Shown: positions 9,606 to 18,794 of the stretch, piece by piece | Layout: each line of letters starts with the position of its first letter | How positions within the stretch are numbered: the stretch's first letter is position 1 | Source of the DNA: Thermoplasmatota archaeon | GTDB taxonomy: Archaea; Thermoplasmatota; E2; DHVEG-1 | Length of the DNA: 55,826 nucleotides | Direction: 5' to 3' | NCBI GenBank assembly: GCA_034660435.1 | Contig: JAYEJG010000076.1 | Coordinates: forward strand, 1 to 55,826 | The notes under the pieces: generated by a model | The model's input: only the letters and a program-made list of their open reading frames with translations | Database searches by the model: none | What the model was told of the DNA's origin: nothing | Program-made: the position numbers and the translations under genes

Positions 9606-9965
9606 TTAAAGTAAAGGTAAGCCACCGGTTACTTGATCTATGATGTTTTCGGGTGCCGGCCCTATCCCAAGTACAGTGACCGTTCCCACAGGGATCTCAG
9701 TATGTCCCGCATCAGAAATAATATGTGCTGCGATTTTTAGTTGTACCGCCATCTCTTTGAGTTGGTAAAAATCATCAACAGTCTCTGCTTTTACAACGGC
9801 TTTTTTAGCCCCTTCCTTTTGCCATTTGTTAAACCACCTGGAGTTGTTTTTCTTAGTAGAAAATGCGCACTCAACAGCAGCATGAGCAACTTGGGCAGCG
9901 AGTTTACCTGGTGAAAGTTCCAGGTCTTTTCTTGTAACTATCACCATCTTGTATTCAAAATCCAT
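9606..9965 (-). CDS. pth: peptidyl-tRNA hydrolase, archaeal type (Pth2)
   Basis: The ORF-track N-terminus (from 10052) is an extension. The ATG at 9965 gives MDFEYKMVIVTRKDLELSPGKLAAQVAHAAV..., a normal-length Pth2. It overlaps the stop of the upstream ORF by 11 nt. Confidence 0.85.
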   Translation of the reverse strand: MDFEYKMVIVTRKDLELSPGKLAAQVAHAAVECAFSTKKNNSRWFNKWQKEGAKKAVVKAETVDDFYQLKEMAVQLKIAAHIISDAGHTEIPVGTVTVLGIGPAPENIIDQVTGGLPLL

Positions 9966-10341
9966 CTTTTTTACCTTCAAGATTTTTAATCTCCTTAAAT
10001 GAATCTCGTCTCCATTGCTCTCCCATTTCTTCAGCTTTATCGCGATTGACAAGACCTTTCACAAGTAGGGTTTTTTTTTCTTCTTCGATATGTTTCATTG
10101 GAACACCTAAGTATTTCGCTCCTGATTTTATGATTATTATGTCTCCAGCAAGAGCAACACTTTCTCCAACCTTTCTACCTGTGCCGTCCATCACAAATCG
10201 GCATAGAAGATCATTTTTCGATTCTTCTTCGTCTTCTTCATTTTTCCTTGATTTTTTCCCTCTCGATAAGAAAAAAACTCCTGTGATTAACTCTAATGCA
10301 ATAACTGCAGCAATAGATCCAGTAAAAATTATTAATTCCAC
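9955..10341 (-). CDS. single-pass membrane protein with a PRC-barrel-like C-terminal domain (hypothetical)
   Basis: The track ORF (to 10521) overlaps the divergent gene and has no in-frame ATG before aa 111. A GTG at 10341 gives one TM helix, an acidic linker, then DGTGRKVGESVALAGDIIIIKSG...GVPMKHI. That GTG lies about 26 nt from the TATA centre. The start is uncertain. Confidence 0.35.
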   Translation of the reverse strand: MELIIFTGSIAAVIALELITGVFFLSRGKKSRKNEEDEEESKNDLLCRFVMDGTGRKVGESVALAGDIIIIKSGAKYLGVPMKHIEEEKKTLLVKGLVNRDKAEEMGEQWRRDSFKEIKNLEGKKDGF

Positions 10342-10363
10342 GACCGCCAGAATGGCCGCTTTT

Positions 10364-10371
10364 TTTATAAA
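10364..10371. promoter_or_regulatory. palindromic TATA box TTTATAAA shared by two divergent genes
   Basis: This is the only TATA-like element in the 51-nt spacer. Its centre is about 26 nt from the ATG at 10393 (+) and about 26 nt from the GTG at 10341 (-). Confidence 0.4.
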
Positions 10372-10392
10372 TCTTTGGGGATATACAGGGCA

Positions 10393-11589
10393 ATGAGTAT
10401 GCAAGAATGTGATGTGGCAATTGTCGGTGCAGGACCCGCTGGTGGAAAGACTGCAAAGGACATTGCAGAAAAAGGTTACAAAGTTGCTTTGTTCGAACAG
10501 AACAAAAGAGCTGGTAAGCACCTAAAATGTGCAGGCCTTGTCACGCCTAGAATTTTTGATTATCTGGACGGCATTCCAAAGGAAAAACTGACACTAAACG
10601 AAGTAAAAGGTGCAAACATACACTCCCCTTCAGGCCAAGTACTGTCTATCGGTGGAAATAAAGTACAGGCTCTAGTGATAGATCGGCAAATGATGGATAA
10701 AGCAATAGCAGACAAAGCTAATGAGGCAGGTGCAAGGTTATATTTAGAAAACAAAGTCTTGTCCGTCCAGAGAAGCCAGGGAAAAATTGAATTAAAGACA
10801 TCAAAAGACCGAGAGTTTAGTTGTAAAATTCTAGTGGGTGCAGATGGTCCATTTTCGAAAGTCAGAGGACGTTTTTCATTTCCCGAACCAAGGGAGATGT
10901 TGAAAGGCATCGGTGCAGAGTTAGAGGGGACTAATCTTGATCCTAATTTTGTAGAGATTTTTGTTGGAAATAAAATTGCGCCTGGGTTTTTTGCGTGGAT
11001 AATACCAACAAACAAAAAAGGAACCTGTGCCCGTGTAGGGTTATGTATTAAGAGCAATATGCAGGAATCACCCAAATATTATTTTTCCAACTTTCTAAAA
11101 GACAAAAAAAATTCGAATTTTTTTGATGGCACAGCATTGACCAAACAAGTAGGTGGCGTGATACCGGTAGGTGCGCTTAAAAAAACGTACGGCGCAAACG
11201 TCATGTTGGTTGGAGATGCAGCAGCACAGGTAAAGCCAACGTCGGGTGGAGGAATATACCCGGGGTTGGTGTGTGCTGGCAGTTGTTCATTTATTGCAAT
11301 GACTGCTCTTGAAAAAAATACTTTTTCGTCGCAATTTCTTAAAAAGTATCATAGTTTATGGCATTCTAGAATTGGAAGAGAATTAAACATGGGAATGAAA
11401 TTTAGAAATGTTTTTAAAGGTTTAACAGACAAGCAATTTGATAATTATATCCAACAATTTAATGACCCGAAAATATTGGAAGTTATCAACAAATATGGAG
11501 ATATTGATTTCCCCTCAAAACTTATAATGCCGATGATAAAGAGATCGCCATCACTAATAAAAATGTTACCAAATTTGATAAACAAGTAA
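10393..11589 (+). CDS. geranylgeranyl reductase family FAD-dependent oxidoreductase (second paralogue)
   Basis: The ATG at 10393 gives MSMQECDVAIVGAGPAGG... (the track start at 10375 is TTG). Motifs KCAGLV and LVGDAAAQVKPTSGGGI. The substrate (lipid versus quinone/prenyl) cannot be decided here. Confidence 0.8.
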   Translation: MSMQECDVAIVGAGPAGGKTAKDIAEKGYKVALFEQNKRAGKHLKCAGLVTPRIFDYLDGIPKEKLTLNEVKGANIHSPSGQVLSIGGNKVQALVIDRQMMDKAIADKANEAGARLYLENKVLSVQRSQGKIELKTSKDREFSCKILVGADGPFSKVRGRFSFPEPREMLKGIGAELEGTNLDPNFVEIFVGNKIAPGFFAWIIPTNKKGTCARVGLCIKSNMQESPKYYFSNFLKDKKNSNFFDGTALTKQVGGVIPVGALKKTYGANVMLVGDAAAQVKPTSGGGIYPGLVCAGSCSFIAMTALEKNTFSSQFLKKYHSLWHSRIGRELNMGMKFRNVFKGLTDKQFDNYIQQFNDPKILEVINKYGDIDFPSKLIMPMIKRSPSLIKMLPNLINK

Positions 11590-11599
11590 AGGTAATTAT

Positions 11600-13786
11600 T
11601 CATCGTCTAGCCGGAGGCCGTGGAGGCACATAGTACTCCTGTTCTTCATAAACCTCATTACTTTTCGTTAATTTTCCCCGTCCCTTCCTTTTTTTTCTTA
11701 AAAAGAAGACCAGAGCTACAAGAATAACAGTAACAACAAAACTCAATATGCATGGAGCAAATATCCCAATGATGAATAAAGGAGAGGACGGAACAACCTT
11801 GCATACAACCATATCATACAGACCAAATTCAGATGAGTTAAAACTAACTTCAATATACTGCCGACCATCATCTGCTTCTTTTATCTCTGCTTTTCCAATA
11901 ACACCCGGAAGTTCGACGTTTGTTCCATGTGGGAATATAATCCTATATGTTACATCTTGATCTTTCAGGCTTGAGAAATTAAAGTGTTGATCATTAATTT
12001 CAAGACTTGGCGGGATGTATGATAAGTCAAAGGCAACAGATGATGAACTATGTGCATATGAGGCAACTTTTATCGGGTCTGTTTCAGTCATCGACGCAAT
12101 TTTTCCATTCCATTCTAACGATTGACTGAAAACTCCTTCATTTATGTGCCCATTGATTTCTGAATTTTGCAGAATACTTTCCATTCTTACTTCAAAAAGC
12201 CTTTTTTCATTATTTAAGAAAAGGCCTACTGAATCCTCGTCAAAAACACCGTCATCAATACAAAGTCTAAATGCATCTGATGGAAGATAAGTTATTACAA
12301 CTTTTTTTGGAAGAACAAACTCATCAGGAATTTCAGATGCTTTGTAACTTCGTTGTTCTTCAACGTTAAGGCCAAAATTTAATTCCGTTCTACCCGTGAA
12401 AAAACTCAATAAATTCAAATCGATGCTATTTATCTCGATTTCTATCACGGTATTGATGTCATTTTTGGAATATTTGGTTGAAGATTCCGATAAAAGTTTT
12501 CCTGAAAGTCTTTCATTTTTCCCCCAGGTGCAAACATTCTGTTCATCCAAAGTTATTTTTTCTGGCAAGTATATCGTGATATTATACTCATATTCCATTG
12601 CATCAATTCCCTCTCCAAAATTGATATCCTCAGATGTTATGTTTACATCTGCTCCAACATTAACGAGCCCAAATAGCGCTCTTGGAGAAATTTCACAGAT
12701 ACGAAGATCTACACCCTCATCTAAAAATGTTGCATCTATGGAGGTTTCGTTGTCCATGTGTGAAATATCGAATGGTACAACCTGTTGCCCATCAATTTCA
12801 GAATTCCCCATCAAAGCTAAATCAAGCGTCTGATTAAATTTGGGAGAGTTCTCTATCAAAGGAACGACCCTGTCTTTCACTCTCTCAAGTGTTTTTTCAT
12901 AAAACTGTTCCCACGTTAAAAGGCCATTATCGACAAGAAGTCTTATCCCATCAGATGGAACAAAATCTAGATTGCAAATAAAATCTGGCAATAAATCATA
13001 CTCTCTTATTTCAATATTTTTTGCCAGTACATCTATTACTAGAGACGCCCGCTCTTCATTTCTTGTATCTAACTTAAACTCAAGTTTTATGTCTTCGTTT
13101 TGGATTTTTGAGGTTGTTGGATTTTTTCTGTCTAGACTAAAAGTTGCCTTTGTTTCTGGTTTTTCCCCGTCTTTGTTATTCACTGGCCATATTATTCTGT
13201 CCCCGTCTTTTACCTCATTTGCAGATGCCCATTCGCCAAAATCTGGTTCTTTAAACTCATATGTATTGCTCCAACCCTCTTTTGCATTCAAATAAATTGT
13301 ATAGTTGGTCCTTGCCCCCATATCTAAAACGCCATTAATGAAGTTATGAACGTTTATCGACTCGTTGATCCCAAAAAAATTTGGAGTCAAACTGACATTA
13401 AACAGGTCATAAAATCTCTCGTTGTCATAACTTGGTTTTTTATTTATTGCAGCAATTTCCGCATTACTGAACGAAGAACTTAGTTGAGTAATTAACTTCG
13501 TCCTTAGACGTCCTTTTATCATCCCCATGTCTTCAATGTCGTCCTGATTTGTACTTTGAGCTAAATTTTGTATTTGATTGCCGGCATAAGTTGTAGTACC
13601 ATATATCGTAATTTTTTCTATTTCAATTGTGACACTTATCTCAATATCTGTTGCACTTGTAAACTGGACGTTCATATGCGCGTCTACTATATCTCCAGAG
13701 TCGCTTTCGGCAAGAAGGACATTGGGTGGTAAAATTAAGACTAAAATTATTGAAACCGCTATTATTTTCAGCAATCTGACATTCAT
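11600..13786 (-). CDS. large secreted type-I membrane / cell-surface protein, no family recognised
   Basis: The ATG at 13786 gives a classic signal peptide, MNVRLLKIIAVSIILVLILPPNVLLA (the track start at 13810 is TTG). The ectodomain is about 650 aa with about 9 N-x-S/T sequons. A C-terminal TM helix is followed by the basic tail RKKRKGRGK...YYVPPRPPARR. Confidence 0.6.
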   Translation of the reverse strand: MNVRLLKIIAVSIILVLILPPNVLLAESDSGDIVDAHMNVQFTSATDIEISVTIEIEKITIYGTTTYAGNQIQNLAQSTNQDDIEDMGMIKGRLRTKLITQLSSSFSNAEIAAINKKPSYDNERFYDLFNVSLTPNFFGINESINVHNFINGVLDMGARTNYTIYLNAKEGWSNTYEFKEPDFGEWASANEVKDGDRIIWPVNNKDGEKPETKATFSLDRKNPTTSKIQNEDIKLEFKLDTRNEERASLVIDVLAKNIEIREYDLLPDFICNLDFVPSDGIRLLVDNGLLTWEQFYEKTLERVKDRVVPLIENSPKFNQTLDLALMGNSEIDGQQVVPFDISHMDNETSIDATFLDEGVDLRICEISPRALFGLVNVGADVNITSEDINFGEGIDAMEYEYNITIYLPEKITLDEQNVCTWGKNERLSGKLLSESSTKYSKNDINTVIEIEINSIDLNLLSFFTGRTELNFGLNVEEQRSYKASEIPDEFVLPKKVVITYLPSDAFRLCIDDGVFDEDSVGLFLNNEKRLFEVRMESILQNSEINGHINEGVFSQSLEWNGKIASMTETDPIKVASYAHSSSSVAFDLSYIPPSLEINDQHFNFSSLKDQDVTYRIIFPHGTNVELPGVIGKAEIKEADDGRQYIEVSFNSSEFGLYDMVVCKVVPSSPLFIIGIFAPCILSFVVTVILVALVFFLRKKRKGRGKLTKSNEVYEEQEYYVPPRPPARR

Positions 13787-13900
13787 TTGTGTTTTACACC
13801 CCGACTCCAAGCCGTCATTAAATGTTTGTCGTTATAAAAACCTTCTTACTAAATTACGAAAATCCTAAAAGCACATCAGTAATACAAGAATTGTATATAC

Positions 13901-14755
13901 ATGTATATAGTTGGAGGGACAGCATCAAAACCCGTAGCGGAGGATTTATCAAACAAATTGAAAATCCCTTTGGCTGAGACGTTATTAAAACGTTTTCCAG
14001 ATGGAGAAATGTATGTTCGTATACTGGATGATGTATCTGGGGAAGATTTAATAATCGTACAAACGACGTACCCCGATCCAAACATAATAGAGTTATTTTT
14101 ACTTCAAAATGCTGCAGAAGAGGCAAATGCCAAAGAAATCACTGTAGTCATTCCTTATTTTGGTTATGCTCGACAAGATACGAAATTCAAAGATGGAGAG
14201 CCAATAAGTGCAAAGGCACTTGCAAATCTTATTAGTTTAAATGCTGACAAAGTGATTACGGTAGATCCTCACAAAGAATACATTCTTGATTTTTTTTCTA
14301 CATCTGCATTTAGTTGTACTGCCGTAGTAGAACTTGCAAAGTGTCTTAAAGAGAAAGATATAGATCTCATATTAGCTCCAGATAAAGGTGCATTGGAAAG
14401 GGCAAAAAAAGCGTCTGAGGTCATTGGTTGCAATTTTGATCATATGGAAAAGACAAGAATTGATGGTGAAACGATAGAGATTAAACCAAAAACTCTCGAT
14501 GCCGAAGGAAAGAACGTTGCGATAATTGATGATATTATATCAACAGGTGGTACCATGGCGAAGTCTATTCAGGAACTTAAAAAATTTGGTGCAGAAAACG
14601 TTTATGTCGCATGCACCCATGGCCTATTCGCAGCAGGTGCTGCACAAAAGCTTGTTTCAGTAGGTTGTTCTGAAATTATTGCAACCGATACTATACAAAG
14701 CAAGTATAGCAAAGTCAAAATTGCACCATGTATTGCGCCTTTACTATTGCAATAA
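13901..14755 (+). CDS. prs: ribose-phosphate pyrophosphokinase (PRPP synthase)
   Basis: 284 aa. Motifs RFPDGE, YFGYARQD and the PRPP loop IIDDIISTGGT. Confidence 0.9.
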   Translation: MYIVGGTASKPVAEDLSNKLKIPLAETLLKRFPDGEMYVRILDDVSGEDLIIVQTTYPDPNIIELFLLQNAAEEANAKEITVVIPYFGYARQDTKFKDGEPISAKALANLISLNADKVITVDPHKEYILDFFSTSAFSCTAVVELAKCLKEKDIDLILAPDKGALERAKKASEVIGCNFDHMEKTRIDGETIEIKPKTLDAEGKNVAIIDDIISTGGTMAKSIQELKKFGAENVYVACTHGLFAAGAAQKLVSVGCSEIIATDTIQSKYSKVKIAPCIAPLLLQ

Positions 14756-14803
14756 ACATGCCGAAATTACTCGAATTCTTTGTTAAGAGCAATTTTAGAT
14801 AAG

Positions 14804-14848
14804 TTATTTATAAGACTATATTTTTACGCATGTGTTCATTCTAGGTGA
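14804..14848 (+). promoter_or_regulatory. candidate promoter and Shine-Dalgarno element of aglB
   Basis: TTATTTATAAG / ACTATATTTTT lies 30-50 nt upstream of the ATG. GGTGA (14844..14848) lies 6 nt before the ATG at 14855. Confidence 0.35.
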
Positions 14849-14854
14849 ATTCAG

Positions 14855-17800
14855 ATGAGAAAAAGGGCACAAAGGAAAAGCAAGCCTATCGGGAAACCAA
14901 AGCACATAGTGCAGAAAAAAAGACCGATTTACGAAGAAAAATCAAGAGTAACCACCAAAAAATATTGGGTTGCAGTAGCACTAATAAGTATTTTCTTCTT
15001 AGTCTTGTTCTTTAACACGTTTTTCAATTTGACGAGCGAAACCACGTTTAATCCAAATGGTGAGGGCCTTAACAAGTACTATCTATCTGGTCCTGACCCG
15101 TATTATAATATGAGGATTGTTGATGAGACGCTTTATGGTGAGAACAAAGGGCACTACCAATTTTTTAGTGAAAAAGACCCCCTCCTTAATTATCCACTTG
15201 GCAGGACTGGTGGACGTCGACCACTGCTAAACATGTTTGCTATAGGGTTTAGTAGTTTTCTGTCGCCGTTCATGGATGAGATAGACGCAGTAGGTTATTC
15301 GATGCAATTTATTCCTGCCCTATTTGGTGCATTATTAGTATTCCCTGTCTTTTTTATAGGAAAGGAAGTGTTTAATAAAAAGGCAGGGTTAATCGCTGCG
15401 CTCTTTATTGCATTAATTCCAATACATCTTGGATCCGGTCACGGCTCAGCATTTACTTTGTTCGACCACGACTCTTTAAACCTTTTGTTGTTTTTCCTCA
15501 CTTTTTTCTTCCTGATAAAAAGCATTAAAGAAAAAGATGAAACTAAGTCAGTTTTATATGCTTTACTTGCAGGTGTGCCTCTAGCAGGTTTGTCTATGGT
15601 TTGGGTAGAAGCTCAGTTCCTCTATGTTTTGATTTCAGCATATGCCATCGTACAGATGATCATTGACATTGCCACTGGTAGAATTGAGAAAAGAGTGTTT
15701 TTAGCACCATTTATAACACTTCTTTTCGGGTATCTCCTTTCCCTCCCTGTGCTTGTCGCAAGAATTGGGGGATTCAGACCGGACATACCTCTATTATTAT
15801 GTATTGGTATAGGTGCTTTTGGACTCATATACTATGGATTTGACAAAAAGAAAATTCCCTGGACTGTTTCTTTGCCAATCATCTTTTGTACTGCTGCAAT
15901 TGGACTTGTAGTTCTTTATTTTATCAATGACATATCACAGTATATCTCTTTCATTTCACCTCTTTCAAAGCTTTCAAATATCCTGTATGGCAGTGGTGTT
16001 TATGGGAACAAAGTGTCCTTGACAATTGCAGAGGCTCACACATCTGATCTTAGCAGTACTATAATGTCATTTGGGCCTGCGCTCTTTTGGTTGGGCGCCA
16101 CAGGCTTTGTACTACTCTTGTATCGTTACTATAAAGGTATAAAGCACAGGGATTACTTACTAATAATATCTATATTCGCGATAGACATTTGGCTTACGGG
16201 TATTGCAGGGCGTTTCTTGAATGACCTGGTCCCCCTCGTAGCAATCCTTGGTGGTTGGATAGTATGGATTATCATAGACAAAGCGGATTATAAACAAATG
16301 ATAAGGAGCATAAAAAGCGCTGGAGGGGGATTGCATGGTTTAAGAAAAGGAGTAAGTCTTCTTCACATAGCTGGGATTTTATTTGTTTCATTTTTGGTCG
16401 TTATACCAAACGGATATTTGGCGCTTGACGCAGCAATTCCACTTTCAGAGAAAAGTGAGGCCTTTGGAGACTTGCCGAATGGTGCGTTTGGGCTGTCCGT
16501 TGGTAAAGAAGGCTACTGGTCTGAAGCATATAATTGGCTAAATGATCAAGATACTGATATCGCCAATCCTGCTGAAAGGCCCGCATATATTTCATGGTGG
16601 GATTATGGATTTTATGAGGTTGCTATAGGTGGCCATCCTACCGTTGCAGATAATTTCCAGGACGGAATTCCGACTGCTTCTAACTTTCATACTGCAACAA
16701 GTGAAAAGGAGGCGGTTTCTATTTGGATAGTTAGACTTCTCGAGGGGCATTATCGACAAAACAATGGTTTTTCAGAAGAAACAAAGGATGCATTAAACAA
16801 ATATCTTGGAGAAAACATTTCTCAAGATGTTATGACTTGGGTTGCAAACCCTCAAGGGTCGCCCTCATATCATAAACCAATTGGGGTAGAATATGATGAA
16901 AATCTAAGTAAAGAACTGGTTGTCGGGGAGCAATATTCTATGAATGCTGTTTATCAGGATATCTTAAATCTCATTGCGAATGAAACAATAGGGATTACCG
17001 ACGAAGAAACAACTCAACTATACCTTGATCTTATAGACGCAACAGGATATAGCATTCGTTATTACGGCGTTGAGGGATTCGACAAACAAATCTTCAATAT
17101 CTTTGGATTTTTAGCAGACAAAAGCCTGTTTTTGCCTGCTGCTCAGTCGGGGTACATCCCAGAATATAACCCAGAAGATGATTATATGCAATTGAAAATA
17201 ATCACGCAAAATATTTACAGTAGCAGCACCGAAGAATTGACATTTGAAGAAGTACAAGAAAAACCAGATGATTATTGGCAAACTAATAGGCCTGTCAACA
17301 GAAAAACCTATTACAAAGATGCATACTTTGACACGATGTTTTATAGGACATATATTGGACCAGCGGATGGCGAATCGGGGGACAAACAAGAATCTCAGTA
17401 TCAGTTGCCATGTGTTGATATGAAGCACTTTTGTGCTGAATTCATTTCTGATACATTCAACTATTCATTCTACCAATTGAAGGGTGCAGTAGTGATTGCA
17501 AAATATTATGCTGGGGCACTTCTTAATGGCAATGTAACATTCAATGGTAAACCAATACAGGCAGAGGTAGTCATTCAGAAGGATATACATCAGTATGGAA
17601 TGGAAATACCCATAGATCATGATAAAACAAGTACTGACAGCAATGGAAATTTTAGCTTAGTTGCACCTGCTGGGGCGTATCTTCAGATAAGAAGATATCC
17701 AAGCTACGGAGCAAATATGGTGATTTTAAAGAACGTGACTTTTGATAGTTTAACCGATCCAGAGCTTGCAGAGATTACTGATGAGGTAGCAATGCGTACA

Positions 17801-18730
17801 TCAGGTACAAATTACGAACGTGAGATGGCCATTGAAATTGAGCCAGGGACTGTTGAAGGGTACACACACCTAAACAACGATGGAGTTGATGGGTACAATT
17901 CTTCATCAAATGACCAAATCATATCAGGTGTAAAAGTAAATCTCTATGAAATTGGTGATTATGGAACTACGTCACTTTCACCAAGCGCATCTGTGATATC
18001 TGATGACGATGGACATTACAACATATCTGGTTTAATGCCTGGGCTTTACATAGTACGTTTAGAAAAAGACAATTTTATAATACACGAGGATCTGCTGAAA
18101 ATACTTCCAGGAGAAAACAACTACGATCTTGCTAAGAAAGGACTGTCGTCCGTATCTGGAAAAGTTTACCTTGATTCAAATGGAAATGGCAAGTTTAATT
18201 CTGGCGAGGAACTTAGTGATGCGGATGTTACATTGACATATAAGAAATATAATGTGCTGAATTCCCTGGATGAAGAAATTGTTATAGACACAGTCAAGAC
18301 AGGCCAAGACGGAACGTATGCGTTTTCATCCTTGGTGTACGGAAGCTATGAAATTGCTGCAATTAAATTGCCAGGATACTCGACACGTGAAAACATTTCA
18401 TTGTTAGACAATGAAACAAAGGAATACAACATCTCGATAGATTACGTTCCAATAACGGTAAGTGGAAACACAATGAAAAATCAACAAAACTTTGGAAATG
18501 TGACAATTACCTTCTCAAAAGACGAGTCGATGGAAAATAATGCTGCAGTAACAAATTTGGTAATATCAGATCCTGACGATGGCGCTTTTTCCATTGATCT
18601 AACACCGGGAACATATAACGTGACTGCTGAAAAGGAAATAGATGGAGAAAAATATTCATTTGAGCAGAAGTTAACCCTTTCAGTTGCCCAGGGAATAAGG
18701 TTGCTGGACATAACATTGGTAAAAGAATAA
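14855..18730 (+). CDS. aglB: archaeal oligosaccharyltransferase AglB (STT3 family) with an extended C-terminus
   Basis: 1291 aa. Basic N-terminal tail, about 13 TM helices, and a WWDYG catalytic motif at aa 581-585 (nt 16595..16609). A periplasmic domain follows, then four extra beta-sandwich modules. Confidence 0.9.
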   Translation: MRKRAQRKSKPIGKPKHIVQKKRPIYEEKSRVTTKKYWVAVALISIFFLVLFFNTFFNLTSETTFNPNGEGLNKYYLSGPDPYYNMRIVDETLYGENKGHYQFFSEKDPLLNYPLGRTGGRRPLLNMFAIGFSSFLSPFMDEIDAVGYSMQFIPALFGALLVFPVFFIGKEVFNKKAGLIAALFIALIPIHLGSGHGSAFTLFDHDSLNLLLFFLTFFFLIKSIKEKDETKSVLYALLAGVPLAGLSMVWVEAQFLYVLISAYAIVQMIIDIATGRIEKRVFLAPFITLLFGYLLSLPVLVARIGGFRPDIPLLLCIGIGAFGLIYYGFDKKKIPWTVSLPIIFCTAAIGLVVLYFINDISQYISFISPLSKLSNILYGSGVYGNKVSLTIAEAHTSDLSSTIMSFGPALFWLGATGFVLLLYRYYKGIKHRDYLLIISIFAIDIWLTGIAGRFLNDLVPLVAILGGWIVWIIIDKADYKQMIRSIKSAGGGLHGLRKGVSLLHIAGILFVSFLVVIPNGYLALDAAIPLSEKSEAFGDLPNGAFGLSVGKEGYWSEAYNWLNDQDTDIANPAERPAYISWWDYGFYEVAIGGHPTVADNFQDGIPTASNFHTATSEKEAVSIWIVRLLEGHYRQNNGFSEETKDALNKYLGENISQDVMTWVANPQGSPSYHKPIGVEYDENLSKELVVGEQYSMNAVYQDILNLIANETIGITDEETTQLYLDLIDATGYSIRYYGVEGFDKQIFNIFGFLADKSLFLPAAQSGYIPEYNPEDDYMQLKIITQNIYSSSTEELTFEEVQEKPDDYWQTNRPVNRKTYYKDAYFDTMFYRTYIGPADGESGDKQESQYQLPCVDMKHFCAEFISDTFNYSFYQLKGAVVIAKYYAGALLNGNVTFNGKPIQAEVVIQKDIHQYGMEIPIDHDKTSTDSNGNFSLVAPAGAYLQIRRYPSYGANMVILKNVTFDSLTDPELAEITDEVAMRTSGTNYEREMAIEIEPGTVEGYTHLNNDGVDGYNSSSNDQIISGVKVNLYEIGDYGTTSLSPSASVISDDDGHYNISGLMPGLYIVRLEKDNFIIHEDLLKILPGENNYDLAKKGLSSVSGKVYLDSNGNGKFNSGEELSDADVTLTYKKYNVLNSLDEEIVIDTVKTGQDGTYAFSSLVYGSYEIAAIKLPGYSTRENISLLDNETKEYNISIDYVPITVSGNTMKNQQNFGNVTITFSKDESMENNAAVTNLVISDPDDGAFSIDLTPGTYNVTAEKEIDGEKYSFEQKLTLSVAQGIRLLDITLVKE
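17510..18727 (+). repeat. four tandem beta-sandwich modules (CarboxypepD_reg / Cna-B / SdrD-B-like) at protein level inside aglB
   Basis: Each module carries a recurrent signature: TDSNGNFSLVAPAGAYLQI (aa 927-945), SDDDGHYNISGLMPGLYIVRL (1049-1069), TGQDGTYAFSSLVYGSYEIAA (1149-1169), SDPDDGAFSIDLTPGTYNVTA (1238-1258). Approximate module limits are nt 17510-17734, 17840-18094, 18146-18394 and 18452-18724. Confidence 0.55.
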
Positions 18731-18742
18731 TAAATAAACAAA

Positions 18743-18775
18743 GGTTGGACAAACTCCAACCAAATTTTATTTAAT
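18743..18775 (+). terminator. hairpin plus T-rich tract downstream of aglB
   Basis: GGTTGGA-caaac-TCCAACC (7-bp stem, 18743..18761) is followed by AAATTTTATTTAATT. It begins 13 nt after the aglB stop. Confidence 0.35.
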
Positions 18776-18794
18776 TATATTTGGAATACTTTTT

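Noticed and set aside
10071-10079. A T9 run (A9 on the coding strand) inside the PRC-barrel-like gene, as a slippery or phase-variation site.
   Set aside because: It encodes an ordinary EEEKK stretch. The frame stays open on both sides and no alternative frame continues.
9955-10521. The full-length 188-aa version of this ORF, and the N-terminal extensions of pth (to 10052), cbf5 (to 30449), guaAA, guaAB, cmk, argF, pepE, the surface protein and glpA.
   Set aside because: Most of the extensions start at TTG or GTG. They add non-homologous or implausible residues or overlap the divergent gene. Downstream ATGs have a Shine-Dalgarno or TATA context and restore normal family N-termini.
13894-13909. 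A perfect 16-nt palindrome TATATACATGTATATA centred on the prs start codon; a possible operator.
   Set aside because: By a rough estimate, an 8-bp-arm AT-only palindrome is expected by chance a few times in about 56 kb of AT-rich DNA. There is no second copy and no flanking half-sites.
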